Assembly (NCBI RefSeq): GCF_036365525.1
Contig: NC_090419.1
Location: 2,294,001-2,358,000 of the forward strand
Length of the DNA stretch: 64,000 nt
Origin: Heterodontus francisci
Taxonomy: Eukaryota
Direction: 5' to 3'
The notes beneath the pieces are model-generated. The model saw only the letters and a list, made by a program, of their open reading frames with translations. It was not told the DNA's origin and did not search any database. This document shows, in pieces, positions 13,341 to 25,600 of this stretch (position 1 is the first letter of the stretch; each line of letters opens with the position of its first letter). The position numbers and the translations under genes were made by a program.

Positions 13341-14221
13341 TGTTACGACCAATGGTTCCGGTACAAGTGCCCCTGTCCAAATATATGATTCTGATTGTGT
13401 TGGGAGAAACGCACTGTAAATTTAGTCCCGTCCCTCCACAGATCGCCTAACATATAATTTTAATGCTTCCAAATTAAAGAAAGACCCTACCAAATTGTAC
13501 CATCTGTTCACCCCCGAATGAAGCTAACCAAACCAAGTGCCTTTAAATCAACAAAATAACAGTTCAATAAGAAAAAAAAATTCTTAAACACTACTAAGAT
13601 ATAAACATTTTAAATAGATAAGATAGAGTCCTTGCAAATTTGCTGTCCAATGTTCCTTGAAGTCCTCACAGACGTCGGATGGGGACAAAATAGATTCTTC
13701 AACAGTAGAACAGTCCGTCGTCTAATTCCAGCAGTAAGTGATGTTTTCCTTCTCCAGCCATGACCACAGTAGGTCAACAACTCATAACCACTTTCAATAG
13801 AATTAATCTAGTTTTAGAGTTTTTGAGTCATAAAAGTCTAGCTTCACTTCCTTCTGTTTAAATTATCAGAGATATCTGTTTACGCCTGATTTTTTTAAAA
13901 TTTTGAAAGATAATGATAAATAAACAGGCTAAATTCTCTTCCTTCAATTTAAAATGGGCTGATATTTTTTCCGGTGCTAACACATAGATGAGTGTCTGTT
14001 TCCTCTGTTCGAATAGTCTGTTTACACGATAAGACAGTTCAAAATTAAATTGTAACAAATGTGTCTCTCGATGCTCAGTCCGAGCGGCTGTCTCCAAGGT
14101 CACGAGAATGCACCTCTTTGGTAACTCCTGAGGCCTGCTTGTTCTTAAAGCAGTATTTTTCCTTTACTGTCTTAAAGACACACCACATGTTTCCCAGGGA
14201 AAGAAAAGACAGGATCATGAT
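13341..14221. mobile_element. Probable solo LTR
   Basis: 880 bp of unique sequence inside the minisatellite; starts tgttacga and ends tcatgata (imperfect TG..CA inverted termini); no clear TSD. Confidence 0.5.
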
Positions 14222-14923
14222 AGTCTACGTAACTCGATGAAGCCACTACAACCGTACATATCACTGTAACCTCCTTCCCTTCAACTCTCCATATCACTGT
14301 AACCTCCTGCAGCTCCTACAACCCTCCCTATCTATGAAACCTCCTCCAGCCTCCACAACCTCCAAATCTCTGTAAACTCCTGCAGCCTGTACAACCCTTC
14401 ATATATATGTAACATCCTGCAGACCCTACAGTCATTCATACCCATGTAACCTCCTCCAGCTCCTACAATCCTTCTTGTCTCTAATCTACTCCAGCACAGA
14501 CTGCCCTCCCTATCTCTGTAACCTCCTTCAGCCCCAGCACCCACCCTATATCTGAAAACACCAACAGCCCCTACAACCCACTGAGACCTCTGTGTTCTTC
14601 TAATTCATGTGGCTTGCGAACCACAAACGACCACCATCTTACTCAGTGAGAGAGAGAGAGACAGAGTTGGCAGTGTCCAAGTTGCGGGAATTTAAGGGAG
14701 ATGGACTAAATAATATCTTTCGAAAATTAAAACAAGTAATAAAAATCAACTGGCAATTGTAGATTTCCAGCATCTGCAGCATTTTGATTTTGTAAGAATA
14801 ACTTTTGTTTTCAGCCATTGACCTAGTTGGGGTGCTGGAGAGACAGTAGCTGCTGATTCCACGTCGGGACGCTCTGACTCTCCTCCTGCCCCCTTTCTCT
14901 CCGCTCCTCCAAAGGTCACCTCA

Positions 14924-15554
14924 GACCTCCTTCTGCTCTCCATCTCTGGGTCACTGCAATTCTCTCCCTTTCTATGACCCTTCAGTCCCTTGCGAACTCG
15001 ACTGGCCACCAAAATGTGTCTGACAGTTAAAGCATTGAGCAACAGAATTAAAGCGATTGGGAGCAATGGGTTTAAAAACTTATCAAACCAGTCAAACCCC
15101 GACCATCCGGGATCAGTATAATAGCTTGGCTTTCGATAACAGAACCATAGTACTTTGCCGATTATCTCTGCAGGTTCATATGCAAAGTAAAATGGGACGT
15201 TTTTTAAGCAGTGCAGAATGCCGGTTGTTGCTAGAACAACAACTGCAGTTTTCTCAGTGCAATATTTTGTTTTCAGCTTCTGGCAACAAATGGCCACAAA
15301 TCGATCAAAGGTGAAAGTGACGGTGAACCAGACAGAACAATCTGTGGCTGCATGAATCAGGGCAATGATAACACTACACACAGGCGTGGTGTAAATTAAA
15401 ACTTCAGGGAAATAATAATAGTTGATCCTGAACAGTATGACCTCAGTGATAATGACCAGTAGATCCGCCATTGCCATGGCCACCAGGTAGCGAGTGATGC
15501 AGGTAGAGAGGCCGCACTTTCCCCGGGACAGGATCACAATCGCCAGTAAATTAA
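14924..15554 (-). pseudogene. GPR139/GPR142-like GPCR exon 2, 3'-truncated (TM1b-TM5 only)
   Basis: Acceptor ctctcttacag|TTAATT; peptide VNLLAIVILSRGKCGLS...FTFDRFVAICC...DPEMESRRRS, after which homology stops; no exon 1 found. Confidence 0.85.
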
Positions 15555-15683
15555 CTGTAAGAGAGAGAATGGGAAAGAGACTGGAAGTAACTGAACAAAT
15601 GCTCGAATTGTTTAACCCAGACAGTAAGGAGAGACAGAGACCACGCTCCAGGATAGTAGCAAAATGCTACAGAAGTTGGAAAT

Positions 15684-16008
15684 TTATTTTTTATTTAGAG
15701 ATACAGCACTCAAACAGGCCCTTCGGCCCACCGAGTCTGTGCCGACCATCAACCACCCATTGATACTAATCCCATATTCCTCCCACATTCCCACCTTCCC
15801 CCTACCTATACTGGGGACAATTGATAATGGCCAATTTACCTACCAACCTGCAAGTCTTTGGCTGTGGGAGGAAACCGGAGCACCCGGAGAAAACCCACGC
15901 AGTTCACAGGGAGAACTTGCAAACTCAGCACAGGCAGTACTCAGAATTGAACCCGAGTCGCTGGAGCTGTGAGGCTGCGGTGCTAACCACTGCATCATTG
16001 TGCCGCCC
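15684..16008 (-). mobile_element. tRNA-derived SINE (HE1-like)
   Basis: Reverse complement of the SINE at 31304-31659. Confidence 0.9.
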
Positions 16009-16009
16009 A

Positions 16010-16120
16010 AAATAGAAATAAAAGCAGAACGTTCTGGGAATACTCAGTAGGTCGGGAAAAATCTATAGAGATCGAAGCAAAATTAACATTTCAGGTCTGT
16101 GACCTTTCATCACAACTGTT
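16010..16120 (-). mobile_element. Penelope pLTR fragment with degenerate hammerhead motif
   Basis: Minus strand reads cagttgtgatgaaaggtcacagacctgaaatgttaatt. Confidence 0.6.
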
Positions 16121-16379
16121 CTGAGAAAACTATAGTCCATGTATCAGATACAAAAGACAGCATTTCTAGTACATGCTGCCATAGCATCAACATTTGAGCG
16201 TTAAATATTCCAATGTTTACACCACATGTCCACATACCTAATATGTACAACAGTCTCCCTGCACAGGGGTCAGGATCAGGATACTGTGAGGATTCTCATT
16301 CAGAGAGCAGAACTGCTGAGGAAGAGAGGAGTTCAGTGGGGAATGGCGAATGAATGAAACAGCACAAATAAGTTCGAAG

Positions 16380-17850
16380 TGGGGCTCTCAGAACGATCCA
16401 GCAGGAGATGGTGGATGCATACTGTCCGGGAAAAGGCTTCATGGTGTCTGCCAGGCAAGATTCCTTTATTGGGATTTGAAGGGCAGCTCGGCTTTACTGG
16501 ACTTTGGACCAGAGGGGGGAAGTCTGACATGTACAGAAATGTAAATGCTCTTCTGAGGCATAGCTCCGAGCTCTGAAGGGAAGAAGAAAGTGTCCTGCAC
16601 TGTGGGACAATTGGGACAGAAAGACCCAGTGGATTAGGATTCGGTTCCCGAAGAAAGGCGAGAGACCTCTGAGGGGAAGAATTAATGTCAGTTAATGGTG
16701 AATACATTCGAAAAATAACTTCATGACATTTAAGGTAGAAAGTGGGGAGATATTTGATAAATGTAATCGAAGAAAGGGCAAACTGGCTGGCTCAGATGGA
16801 TTTCATCCACACATACTTTGGAAGATAGGGAAGCGATAACAGAGTCATGATTATCTGTTCATTAATGATGATCAGAGGTGGGAATAGTGCCAGAGATGGA
16901 CAGCTAATTTAAGACAGAAGAAAGAATATGTTGAAGGAACAATAGACAATAAAGCATAACGTTAGTGGCAGGAAAGATTATGGAATATTGATTGAAAGAT
17001 TTAGCAGAAAAAATATCTAGAAACATAGTAGCTGCCAACCTTATCAACGTACTTGAATAATATAAGAAAGTGTAGAGAAGTGTGAAACAGTCCATGCAAT
17101 TTTCATTAATTTTCTAAAGGTCTTCGATAAGTATGCCACACAGCAGACTCATGACTACGCTCAGAAATAGTTGTGTTATGGGATAAGCAACAGAATAGAC
17201 AGCAATATGGCTCCATAAATAGGAAACATGGAGTACGGGTTATAGGTATTTCCTCAGCTTTACAGAACGTGGGAAATGGTTTCCACAAGGATCAGCCCTT
17301 GGAATACTGTCGTTTACCGTTTACAGAAATGATATGGACTCGGGAAGCAGGAGCACAGTTTCAAAATTTGCAGACAAATCCAAATTGAGAGTACAGTTAA
17401 TGCAGAGGAAGAATGCAACAAAATACCTGAAGATATTATTAATAACAGTTAACAAATTTGCTGAACAGGCATTTAAATAGCAAGTTTTCTCACTGCAGCT
17501 AAGTCTGAGGTGTTGACTTTTGGTCAGAAAAATGAGCTTCCCTAATAATCTTTGGAAAATAAGATTACAAAAGGTTTAGAAGGGAAAAGGGGTACAGGGG
17601 TATAAATTCAGAAATCATTTTAAGTGGCAACAGTGTTTAACACAGCCATAAAAATACTGGAAAGCACTGGAGTTCATTTCCTGAGAAAGGAATTGTAACA
17701 GCCGAGAGCTGATATTGAACTTATATAGAATGTTGGTTATTCCACAATTATCATTCTGTGTACAGTCCAGGACTCCATGTGGCAAAAAGGCTATTGATTT
17801 ATTGGAGAAGATGCAATTGTTTTAACCAGAACGATAGCAGAACTGGGAGA
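16380..17850 (+). mobile_element. Old, heavily degraded CR1
   Basis: ORF1-like remnants WCLPG and GFTGLW..GKSDMY; ORF2-like remnants such as aaaggtcttcgataag. Confidence 0.6.
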
Positions 17851-19191
17851 AGTGTACTATTTGTTTCATCATTATCAGTGCACTAGTGTTATTACTCAAT
17901 GCCCCTGGTCTGATGTCTATTATGAAAATCCGACATGTAAGATACTCAGGTACAGCTGGCAGCATCTGTGAAAAGAGAAGCAGAGTTAACGCTTCGGGTC
18001 AGTGACCCTTCTTCGGAACTGACAAATATTAGAAAAGTCACAGGTTATAAGTCGGTGAGGTGGGGGTGGGGCAAGAGATAACAAAGGAGGTCGAGATTGG
18101 AGCAGGCCACATAGCTGACCAGAAGGTCACGGTGCAAAGGCAAACAATATGTTAATGGTGTGTTGAAAGACAAAGCATTAGTACAGAATAGGTGTGAATA
18201 CACTGAATATTGAACAGCAGCACGTGCTATCCTGAAAAAAAACAGTGGGTCAGCAAACTGAACAAACTAAGATGAAATGAAGAACATCCCGAAGAAGGGT
18301 CACTGACCCGAAACGTTAACTCTGCTTCTCTTTTCACAGATGCTGCCAGACCTGCTGAGTGACTCCAGCATTTCTTGTTTTTATTTCAGATTTCCAGCAT
18401 CCGCAGTATTTTGCTTTTATTTTAGTGTTTAATTCACTGCCACTTCTCTTCCACGAATACCTACCTTGAAGAAGTTCTGCTCTTCTCTCCGACGGGATTT
18501 TCGTTTGTCTCTTTTACCTTGTTCACCTTCATTGCTTTCTATTTCCCTCCTGGCGTTTGATAAGGTATCTACCAAAACTCGTTTTCAAAGCCAGATCTCC
18601 TTCCTCAGTGACTGTCTCCGGCTCTGACTAATTCCACGTGGATTCCAACTGCAGTTTCACCCATCATGCTTTGAAACCACCCAGGATCACAGGTATCTCC
18701 GAGAAATACAACGTTCCTCGGACTGCTACTCTCGCCGCATCCTGAGATCCACACTCAGTGCTATGCGCCGCCACATGCACACACTGGACCTCTCTCTCCA
18801 GCAGCACCGCCTCACCTTATCTCAAAGCTGTTCTACTCCGCAGTTCTGTACTCAGCAAAGGTCTCAGTTTTATCCCCTTACGTCCCCACCTCAATGAATT
18901 TCGCGCTCGGCATGACGTTGAGCTCTTCTTCCGTCGCCTCCGCCTCTGGGCTCACTTCTTTGACCAGGAGTCCTGCCCCCGACCAGCAGACCCATTCACC
19001 CGCCTCCAGCATTCTCCCTCTGCCTGGACCCCTCCCCCTCGCGTCTTACCCGCTCTTGATCTCTTCATTGAAAACTGTCGGCGAGACATTGGTCATCTCA
19101 ATTTCTCTGCCCCCCTCACTCACTCTAACCTGTCCCCCTCTGAACTTGAGGCACTCCGTTCACGCACTTCCTTCAAGTAAAAGGTGTCGCT

Positions 19192-19710
19192 ATGGGTACC
19201 CGCATGGGTCCTAGTTTCCGAAGGGATCGTTCCCTCCGCGACACCCTGGTCCACTCCTCCATTACCCCCACCACCTCGTCCCCGTCCCAGGGCACCTTCC
19301 CCTGCAATCGCAGGAGGTGTAATACCTGCCCATTTACCTCCTCTCTCCTCACTATCCCAGGCCCCAAACACTCCTTTCAGGTGAAGCAGCGATTTACTTG
19401 TACTTCTTTCAATGTGGTATACTGTATTCGCTGCTCACAGTGTGGTCTCCTCTACATTGGGGAGACCAAGCGCAGACCGGGTGACCGCTTTGCGGATCAT
19501 CTCCGCTCAGTCCGCAAGCAGGATCCTGAGCTTCCGGTTGCTTGCCATTTCAACACTCCCCCCTGCTCTCATGCTCACATCTCTGTCCTGGGATTGCTGC
19601 AGTGTTCCAGTGAACATCAACGCAAGCTCGAGGAACAGCATCTCATCTACCGATTAGGCACACTACAGCCTGCCGGACTGAACATTGAGTTCAATAATTT
19701 CAGAGCATGA
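19192..19710 (+). CDS. Penelope GIY-YIG endonuclease domain (open remnant of the PLE ORF)
   Basis: FPCNRRRCNTCP...NVVYCIRCSQCGLLYIGETKR...F.DH...CHFN...E.HLI..LGT..P.GLN. Confidence 0.75.
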   Translation: MGTRMGPSFRRDRSLRDTLVHSSITPTTSSPSQGTFPCNRRRCNTCPFTSSLLTIPGPKHSFQVKQRFTCTSFNVVYCIRCSQCGLLYIGETKRRPGDRFADHLRSVRKQDPELPVACHFNTPPCSHAHISVLGLLQCSSEHQRKLEEQHLIYRLGTLQPAGLNIEFNNFRA

Positions 19711-20048
19711 CGGCCCCCCATTTTACTTCCATTTTTAGTTATTTTTCTTCCTTTTTTTTTACATTCCTTTTTACATTTTTTACAATCTATTTTTGCATTT
19801 ATTTCATTTCATCTTAGTTTGTTCAGTTTGCTTACCCACTGTTTTTTCAGGTTGTTTTTCTTCAGGTTTGCACTTGTTGCTGTTCAATATTCAGTGTATT
19901 CACACCTAATCTGTACTAATGCTTTGTCTTTCAACACACCATTAACATCTTGTTTGCCTTTGCTCCGTGACCTTTTGGTCAGCTATGTGGCCTGGTCCAA
20001 TCTGCACCTTCTCCTTTGTTATAATCTGTGACTTTTCTAATATTTGTC

Positions 20049-20085
20049 AGTTCCGAAGAAGGGTCACTGACCCGAAACGTTAACT
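20049..20085 (+). ncRNA. Minimal type I hammerhead ribozyme motif (U4C core variant)
   Basis: AGTT-CCGAAGA-A-GGGTC-act-GACCC-GAAA-CG-TT-AACT: helix I agtt/aact, helix II gggtc/gaccc, palindromic AACGTT helix III. Confidence 0.65.
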
Positions 20086-20689
20086 CTGCTTCTCTTTCCA
20101 CAGATGCTGCCAGACCTGCTGAGTGATTCCAGCATTTCTTGTTTTTGTCCCTGTGGAACACCACTGGTCACACGTCTCCATTTTGAGAAACTCCCTTCCA
20201 CTGCTAGGAGTGACGCAGACTGAGAGAGAGGTAATCTCTGGTAAACTCTCTTGCTGGTAATCTCTCTCCATCTCTATCTCTCTCTTCCCATCTCTTCTAC
20301 TCTCTGAAACCCTATTTCTTCTCTCTGTTACTCACTTTCCAAGTCTATCTCTCCATTTTCTCTCTCTATCTCCCTCTGCACACTATCTCAATCTCTCCCT
20401 CTTGCTCTCAGGATGGGAAGAGGGAGAAAGAGAGGCAGAGAAAGGGTGTTGCAGGCAGTGAGAGATGAGGAGAAAGAGACAGAGGAACAGTGAGTCTGGC
20501 ACTGGTAGATGGATCTTTACTCTGTATCGAACCCTGTGCGTACCTGCCCTGTGAGTATTCGATGGGGGCAGTCTTGGACCGGGGGGGACTGTCGAAAAAT
20601 CAAAAATTAATCTAAAGCCCTATCAAAGATGACATTTATAACTCTTCTCCATACAAAGTGTGGTAGAAGTTTGGAACTGTCTTCCACAA

Positions 20690-20975
20690 ATGACCCCTCC
20701 CCATCTCCACAATCTCCTCCAGCTCCACAATCCACCAATATCTGTGATCCTCTAATTCTGGCCTCTTGAGCATCCCCAATTTGAATTGTTCCAACATTGG
20801 TGGCCGTGCCTTCAAGTTGCCAAGACCCTAACTCTGGAATTCCTTTCCTAAACCTCTCCGTCTCACTAACTCTCTTTCCTCTTTGAAGACGCTCCCTCAA
20901 ACCCACCTCTTTGACCAATTTTTTGCTCGTCTCGTCTAATAGCTCCTTACGTGACTCGGTGTCAACTTTTTATTT
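20690..20975 (+). mobile_element. L2-like LINE 3' end
   Basis: ggccgtgccttca...ctctggaattcc...ctctttgacca (GRAF..LWNS..K..LF type terminus). Confidence 0.7.
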
Positions 20976-20981
20976 GCCGTA

Positions 20982-21200
20982 TTTATTTGTTGGATGTGTG
21001 GGTTGCTGGCCAGGCCAGCATTTATTGCCCATTCCTAATTGCCCTTGAGAAGGTGGTGTTGAGCCTCCTTCTTGAACCACTGCAGTCCATGTGGGGTAGG
21101 TACACTCACAGTGCTGTTAGGAAGGGAGATCCAGGATTTTGACCCAGTGACAGTGAAGGAACGGCGATATAGTTTCAAGTTAGGATGGTGTGTGACTTTA
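20982..21200 (-). mobile_element. LINE 3' end, same family as 46765-47560
   Basis: gctggccaggccagcatttattgccca...gcccttgagaaggtggtg, shared with 46790-46960. Confidence 0.75.
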
Positions 21201-21479
21201 GTTGCTGTGTGGACAGTATTTTCAGTGCGCAATCCATTTAAATTTTTAAATATTTATTTTTTTTAACGTGGTTAGATGTAAAGTTTCTCCTACAATCTGC
21301 CTGCCTCCCCGTATCTCCTCACTCTTTCTGCCCGTCTCTCCCTCCTGCTCTAAATCCACTGCTTTACTCTGTATATAAACTCACACTGGACCTGCCCTGG
21401 GAGGTCTCATTATGGTGCTTAAGCAATGAGTTATATACTTCCAGCATAACCTCCCTGCTCTTATATACTTTAACAGTCT

Positions 21480-22618
21480 TGTTGGGAATGTCACTGTAGT
21501 TTGAAAATATGAAACACTGATCCAACATTCACCGCTAAAACACTCACACTAACCTCCAAAAAGAGGACTGGGCAGATAATGAGGATTGTTAATGATTGTT
21601 ACAACTTGTCTCATCCTCTCTCTGTCTCTCCCTCTCATGCCTGTTTCTTCCCATCTTTCTCTCTCTCTCTCTCTCCCTCGTCCTATCACTCTTTCTCTGC
21701 CTCTTTCCATGACTCTGTCTCGAACACCATCTCTCTCTCCTTGGGTAGAAATGTTTTTATTCATTTCTTGGTTAATTTTGAACCTGTAAATCTTGCCCTT
21801 GCTTGGAACGTCACTGCAGTTTGAAAATACAAAAGACTGTTCAACACTCGCCCCCTAAACTCTCACACTAAACCCCCAATACAGGACTGTGCAGATAATG
21901 GGGATTGTTACTGAGATTCTGTCAATGTCCCCTCACACACTGTATCCCATTTCCCCTGCTTCTAAAGTTTGTCAGTGTTTAATACTATTTTTTTCAATAA
22001 TATTAAATGTCACTTCATTTTGAAAATATCAATCACTGATCCAACACTTGCCCCCAAAACACTCACACTAAACCCCTGATCATTCCTTTCAAAATTAGTT
22101 CTTATACACAGCCAGTTTTACTTTTTAATTCTATCTTTTTTCAACATTATTAGATGTAAAGTTTTTCCTATAATCTCGCACTCCCTCTCTCTCTGTCTGT
22201 CTCTCCTTCTGTCTCTGTTTCTCCCTCTGGTTGTCTCCCTCCCTCTCTCTCTCTCTGTCCCTTTCTCCCTCTGCATCTGTCTCTCTCCCTCTGTATCTGT
22301 CTCCCTCGCTTTCTCCCTGTCTCTCTCCCTCTGCATCTGCCTGCCTCCCTTTCTGTCTGTCTCACTCTGCATTTGCCTGCCTCCCTTTCTGTCTTTCTCC
22401 CTCTGTCTCTGTTTCTCCTTTTTTCTCTATCATGCTAGCTCTGTCTCTCTCTCTCTCCCTTTCTCTGTCCCACTCTTTCTGTGTCTCTGTCCGTCTGTGT
22501 CTCACTCCCTCCATCTCTCTGTCCCTCTATACATGGACAGCAATGCTTTGAGCCATTTGTTTGGTTAATTTTGTTGGGAATGGCAATGCAGTTTGAAAAT
22601 ATCAAACACTCATCGAAC
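21480..22618. repeat. Locally repeated ~120-bp unit separated by CT-rich low-complexity tracts
   Basis: ggaatgtcactg.agtttgaaaata..aa.cactgatccaaca at ~21484, 21804, 22005 and 22576; the last unit resumes at ~26313 after the RTE. Confidence 0.7.
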
Positions 22619-25600
22619 TTCTTTCTTTCTTTTGGGCCTCCTTATCTCGAGAGACAATGGATACGCGCCTGGAGGTGGTCAGTGGTTTGTGAAGCAGCGC
22701 CTGGAGTGGCTATAAAGGCCAATTCTGGAGTGACAGGCTCTTCCACAGGTGCGACAGAGAAATTTGTTTGTTGGGGCTGTTGCACAGTTGGCTCTCCCCT
22801 TGCGCCTCTGTCTTTTTTCCTGCCAACTACTAAGTCTCTTCGACTCGCCACAATTTAGCCCTGTCTTTATGGCTGCCCGCCAGCTCTGGCGAATGCTGGC
22901 AACTGACTCCCACGACTTGTGATCAATGTCACACGATTTCATGTCGCGTTTGCAGACGTCTTTATAACGGAGACATGGACGGCCGGTGGGTCTGATACCA
23001 GTGGCGAGCTCGCTGTACAATGTGTCTTTGGGGATCCTGCCATCTTCCATGCGGCTCACATGGCCAAGCCATCTCAAGCGCCGCTGACTCAGTAGTGTGT
23101 ATAAGCTGGGGGTGTTGGCCGCTTCAAGGACTTCTGTGTTGGAGATATAGTCCTGCCACCTGATGCCAAGTATTCTCCGAAGGCAGCGAAGATGGAATGA
23201 ATTGAGACGTCGCTCTTGGCTGGCATACGTTGTGCAGGCCTCGCTGCCGTAGAGCAAGGTACTGAGGACACAGGCCTGATACACTCGGACTTTTGTGTTC
23301 CGTGTCAGTGCGCCATTTTCCCACACTCTCTTGGCCAGTCTGGACATAGCAGTGGAAGCCTTACCCATGCGCTTGTTGATTTCTGCATCTAGAGACAGGT
23401 TACTGGTGATAGTTGAGCCTAGGTAGGTGAACTCTTGAACCACTTCCAGAGCGTGGTCGCCAATATTGATGGATGGAGCATTTCTGACATCCTGCCCCAT
23501 GATGTTCGTTTTCTTGAGGCTGATGGTTAGGCCAAATTCATTGCAGGCAGACGCAAACCTGTCGATGAGACTCTGCAGGCATTCTTCAGTGTGAGATGTT
23601 AAAGCAGCATCGTCAGCAAAGAGGAGTTCTCTGATGAGGACTTTCCGTACTTTGGACTTCGCTCTTAGACGGGCAAGGTTGAACAACCTGCCCCCTGATC
23701 TTGTGTGGAGGAAAATTCCTTCTTCAGAGGATTTGAACGCATGTGAAAGCAGCAGGGAGAAGAAAATCCCAAAAAGTGTGGGTGCGAGAACACAGCCCTG
23801 TTTCACACCACTCAGGATAGGAAAGGGCTCTGATGAGGAGCCACCATGTTGAATTGTGCCTTTCATATTGTCATGGAATGAGGTGATGATACTTAGTAGC
23901 TTTGGTGGACATCCGATCTTTTCTAGTAGTCTGAAGAGACCACGTCTGCTGACGAGGTCAAAGGCTTTGGTGAGATCAATGAAAGCAATGTAGAGGGGCA
24001 TCTGTTGTTCACGGCATTTCTCCTGTATCTGACGAAGGGAGAACAGCATGTCAATAGTCGATCTCTCTGCACGAAAGCCACACTGTGCCTCAGGGTAGAC
24101 GCGCTCGGCCAGCTTCTGGAGCCTGTTCAGAGCGACTCGAGCAAAGACTTTCCCCACTATGCTGAGCAGGGAGATTCCACGGTAGTTGTTGCAGTCACCG
24201 CGGTCACCTTTGTTTTTATAGAGGGTGATGATGTTGGCATCGCGCATGTCCTGGGGTACTGCTCCCTCGTCCCAGCACAGGCATAGCAGTTCATGTAGTG
24301 CTGAGAGTATAGCAGGCTTGGCACTCTTGATTATTTCAGGGGTAATGCTATCCTTCCCAGGGGCTTTTCCGCTGGCTAGAGAATCAATGGCATCACTGAG
24401 TTCCGATTTGGTTGGCTGTATGTCCAGCTCATCCATGACTGGTAGAGGCTGGGCTGCATTGAGGGCAGTCTCAGTGACAGCATTCTCCCTGGAGTACAGT
24501 TCTAGGTAGTGCTCAACCCAGCGGTCTATCTGTTTGCGTTGGTCAGTGATTATGTCCCCCGATTTAGATTTGAGGGGGGTGATCTTCTTGATGGTTGGCC
24601 CAAGAGCTCTCTTCATGCCATCATACATTCCTCTGATGTTTCCGGTGTCTGAGGCCAGCTGAATATGACTGCATAGGTGTTGCCAGTAGTCGTTTGCGCA
24701 GCGCCTTGCTGTTCTTTGTGCAGTACTTCTGGCTGCTTTAAGTGCTGCGGATGTTAAATCGCTGGGGGCTTTCTTGTAGTTCAAAAGTGCAATGCGCTTA
24801 GCGGCTATGACAGGTTCCAGCTCTTCATTATGAGATTGAAACCAGTCTGCATTTCTCTTCGCACTTTTGCCGTAGGTGGTCAAAGCTGACTCATAGATGG
24901 CGTCTCTGATGTGGGCCCACTTGGTCTCAGCATCCCCTGTGGGAGTGTTTTGAAGGGCTGTTACAAGTGAATTTAGAAATTTTTGTAACAGCTGTGGGTG
25001 AGAAATTCTGCTCGTGTTGATGCGCGGGTGGCCCTTCTGCTTGGAATGATGCAACTTCTTTGGTCTGAGTCTAACCTTGCTGCACACCAGGGAGTGGTCG
25101 GTGTCGCAGTCCGCACTGTGGAAGCTGCGTGTGATTTGAACACTGTTTAAGGCTGCTCGCCTTGTGACAATGAGGTCTAGCTGGTGCCAACGACGTGATC
25201 TTGGGTGCCTCCATGAAACCTGGTGACAGGGTTTAGTGCGAAAGAACGAGTTGGTGATGCAGAGGTTATGATAGGTACACAACTCAAGCAGTCTCTGCCC
25301 GTTCTCATTCATCCTTCCAACGCCATAGCGCCCAAGGCAGGAGGGCCATGAGTCATGGTCGGCCCCAACCCTGGCATTAAAGTCCCCCAGCAGGAATAGG
25401 TGTTCGGTGTTGGGGATGCTGCTAATGATGTTATGGAGTTGTTCATGGAACTGGTCTTTAGCTTCAGGTGCGGAACAGAGTGTTGGAGCATAGATGCTGA
25501 GTAGGTGTACTGGACCAGAGGTGGTGAGCAGTCGGATGGACAGTATGCGTTCCGAGCCATTTGAGGGAGGCTCTATCATGCTGAGCAAGGAGTTTCTGAT

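Larger units (their letters stand above)
5560..14610 (+). repeat. Degenerate 35-37-bp minisatellite, interrupted by a SINE, two CR1s and a probable LTR
   Basis: Unit tgtaacctcctccagctcctacaaccctcc(a/c)tatct(c/a) in blocks 5560-6300, 6590-7780, 11010-11200, 12690-13340 and 14225-14610. Confidence 0.9.
17953..20148 (+). mobile_element. Penelope-like retroelement, internally deleted, with an inverted 5' pLTR
   Basis: 17953-18283 is the reverse complement of ~19800-20112; direct pLTR part at 18289-18420; ORF remnants VLSKGLSFIP and KGVAMGTRMGPS; GIY-YIG domain. Confidence 0.92.
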
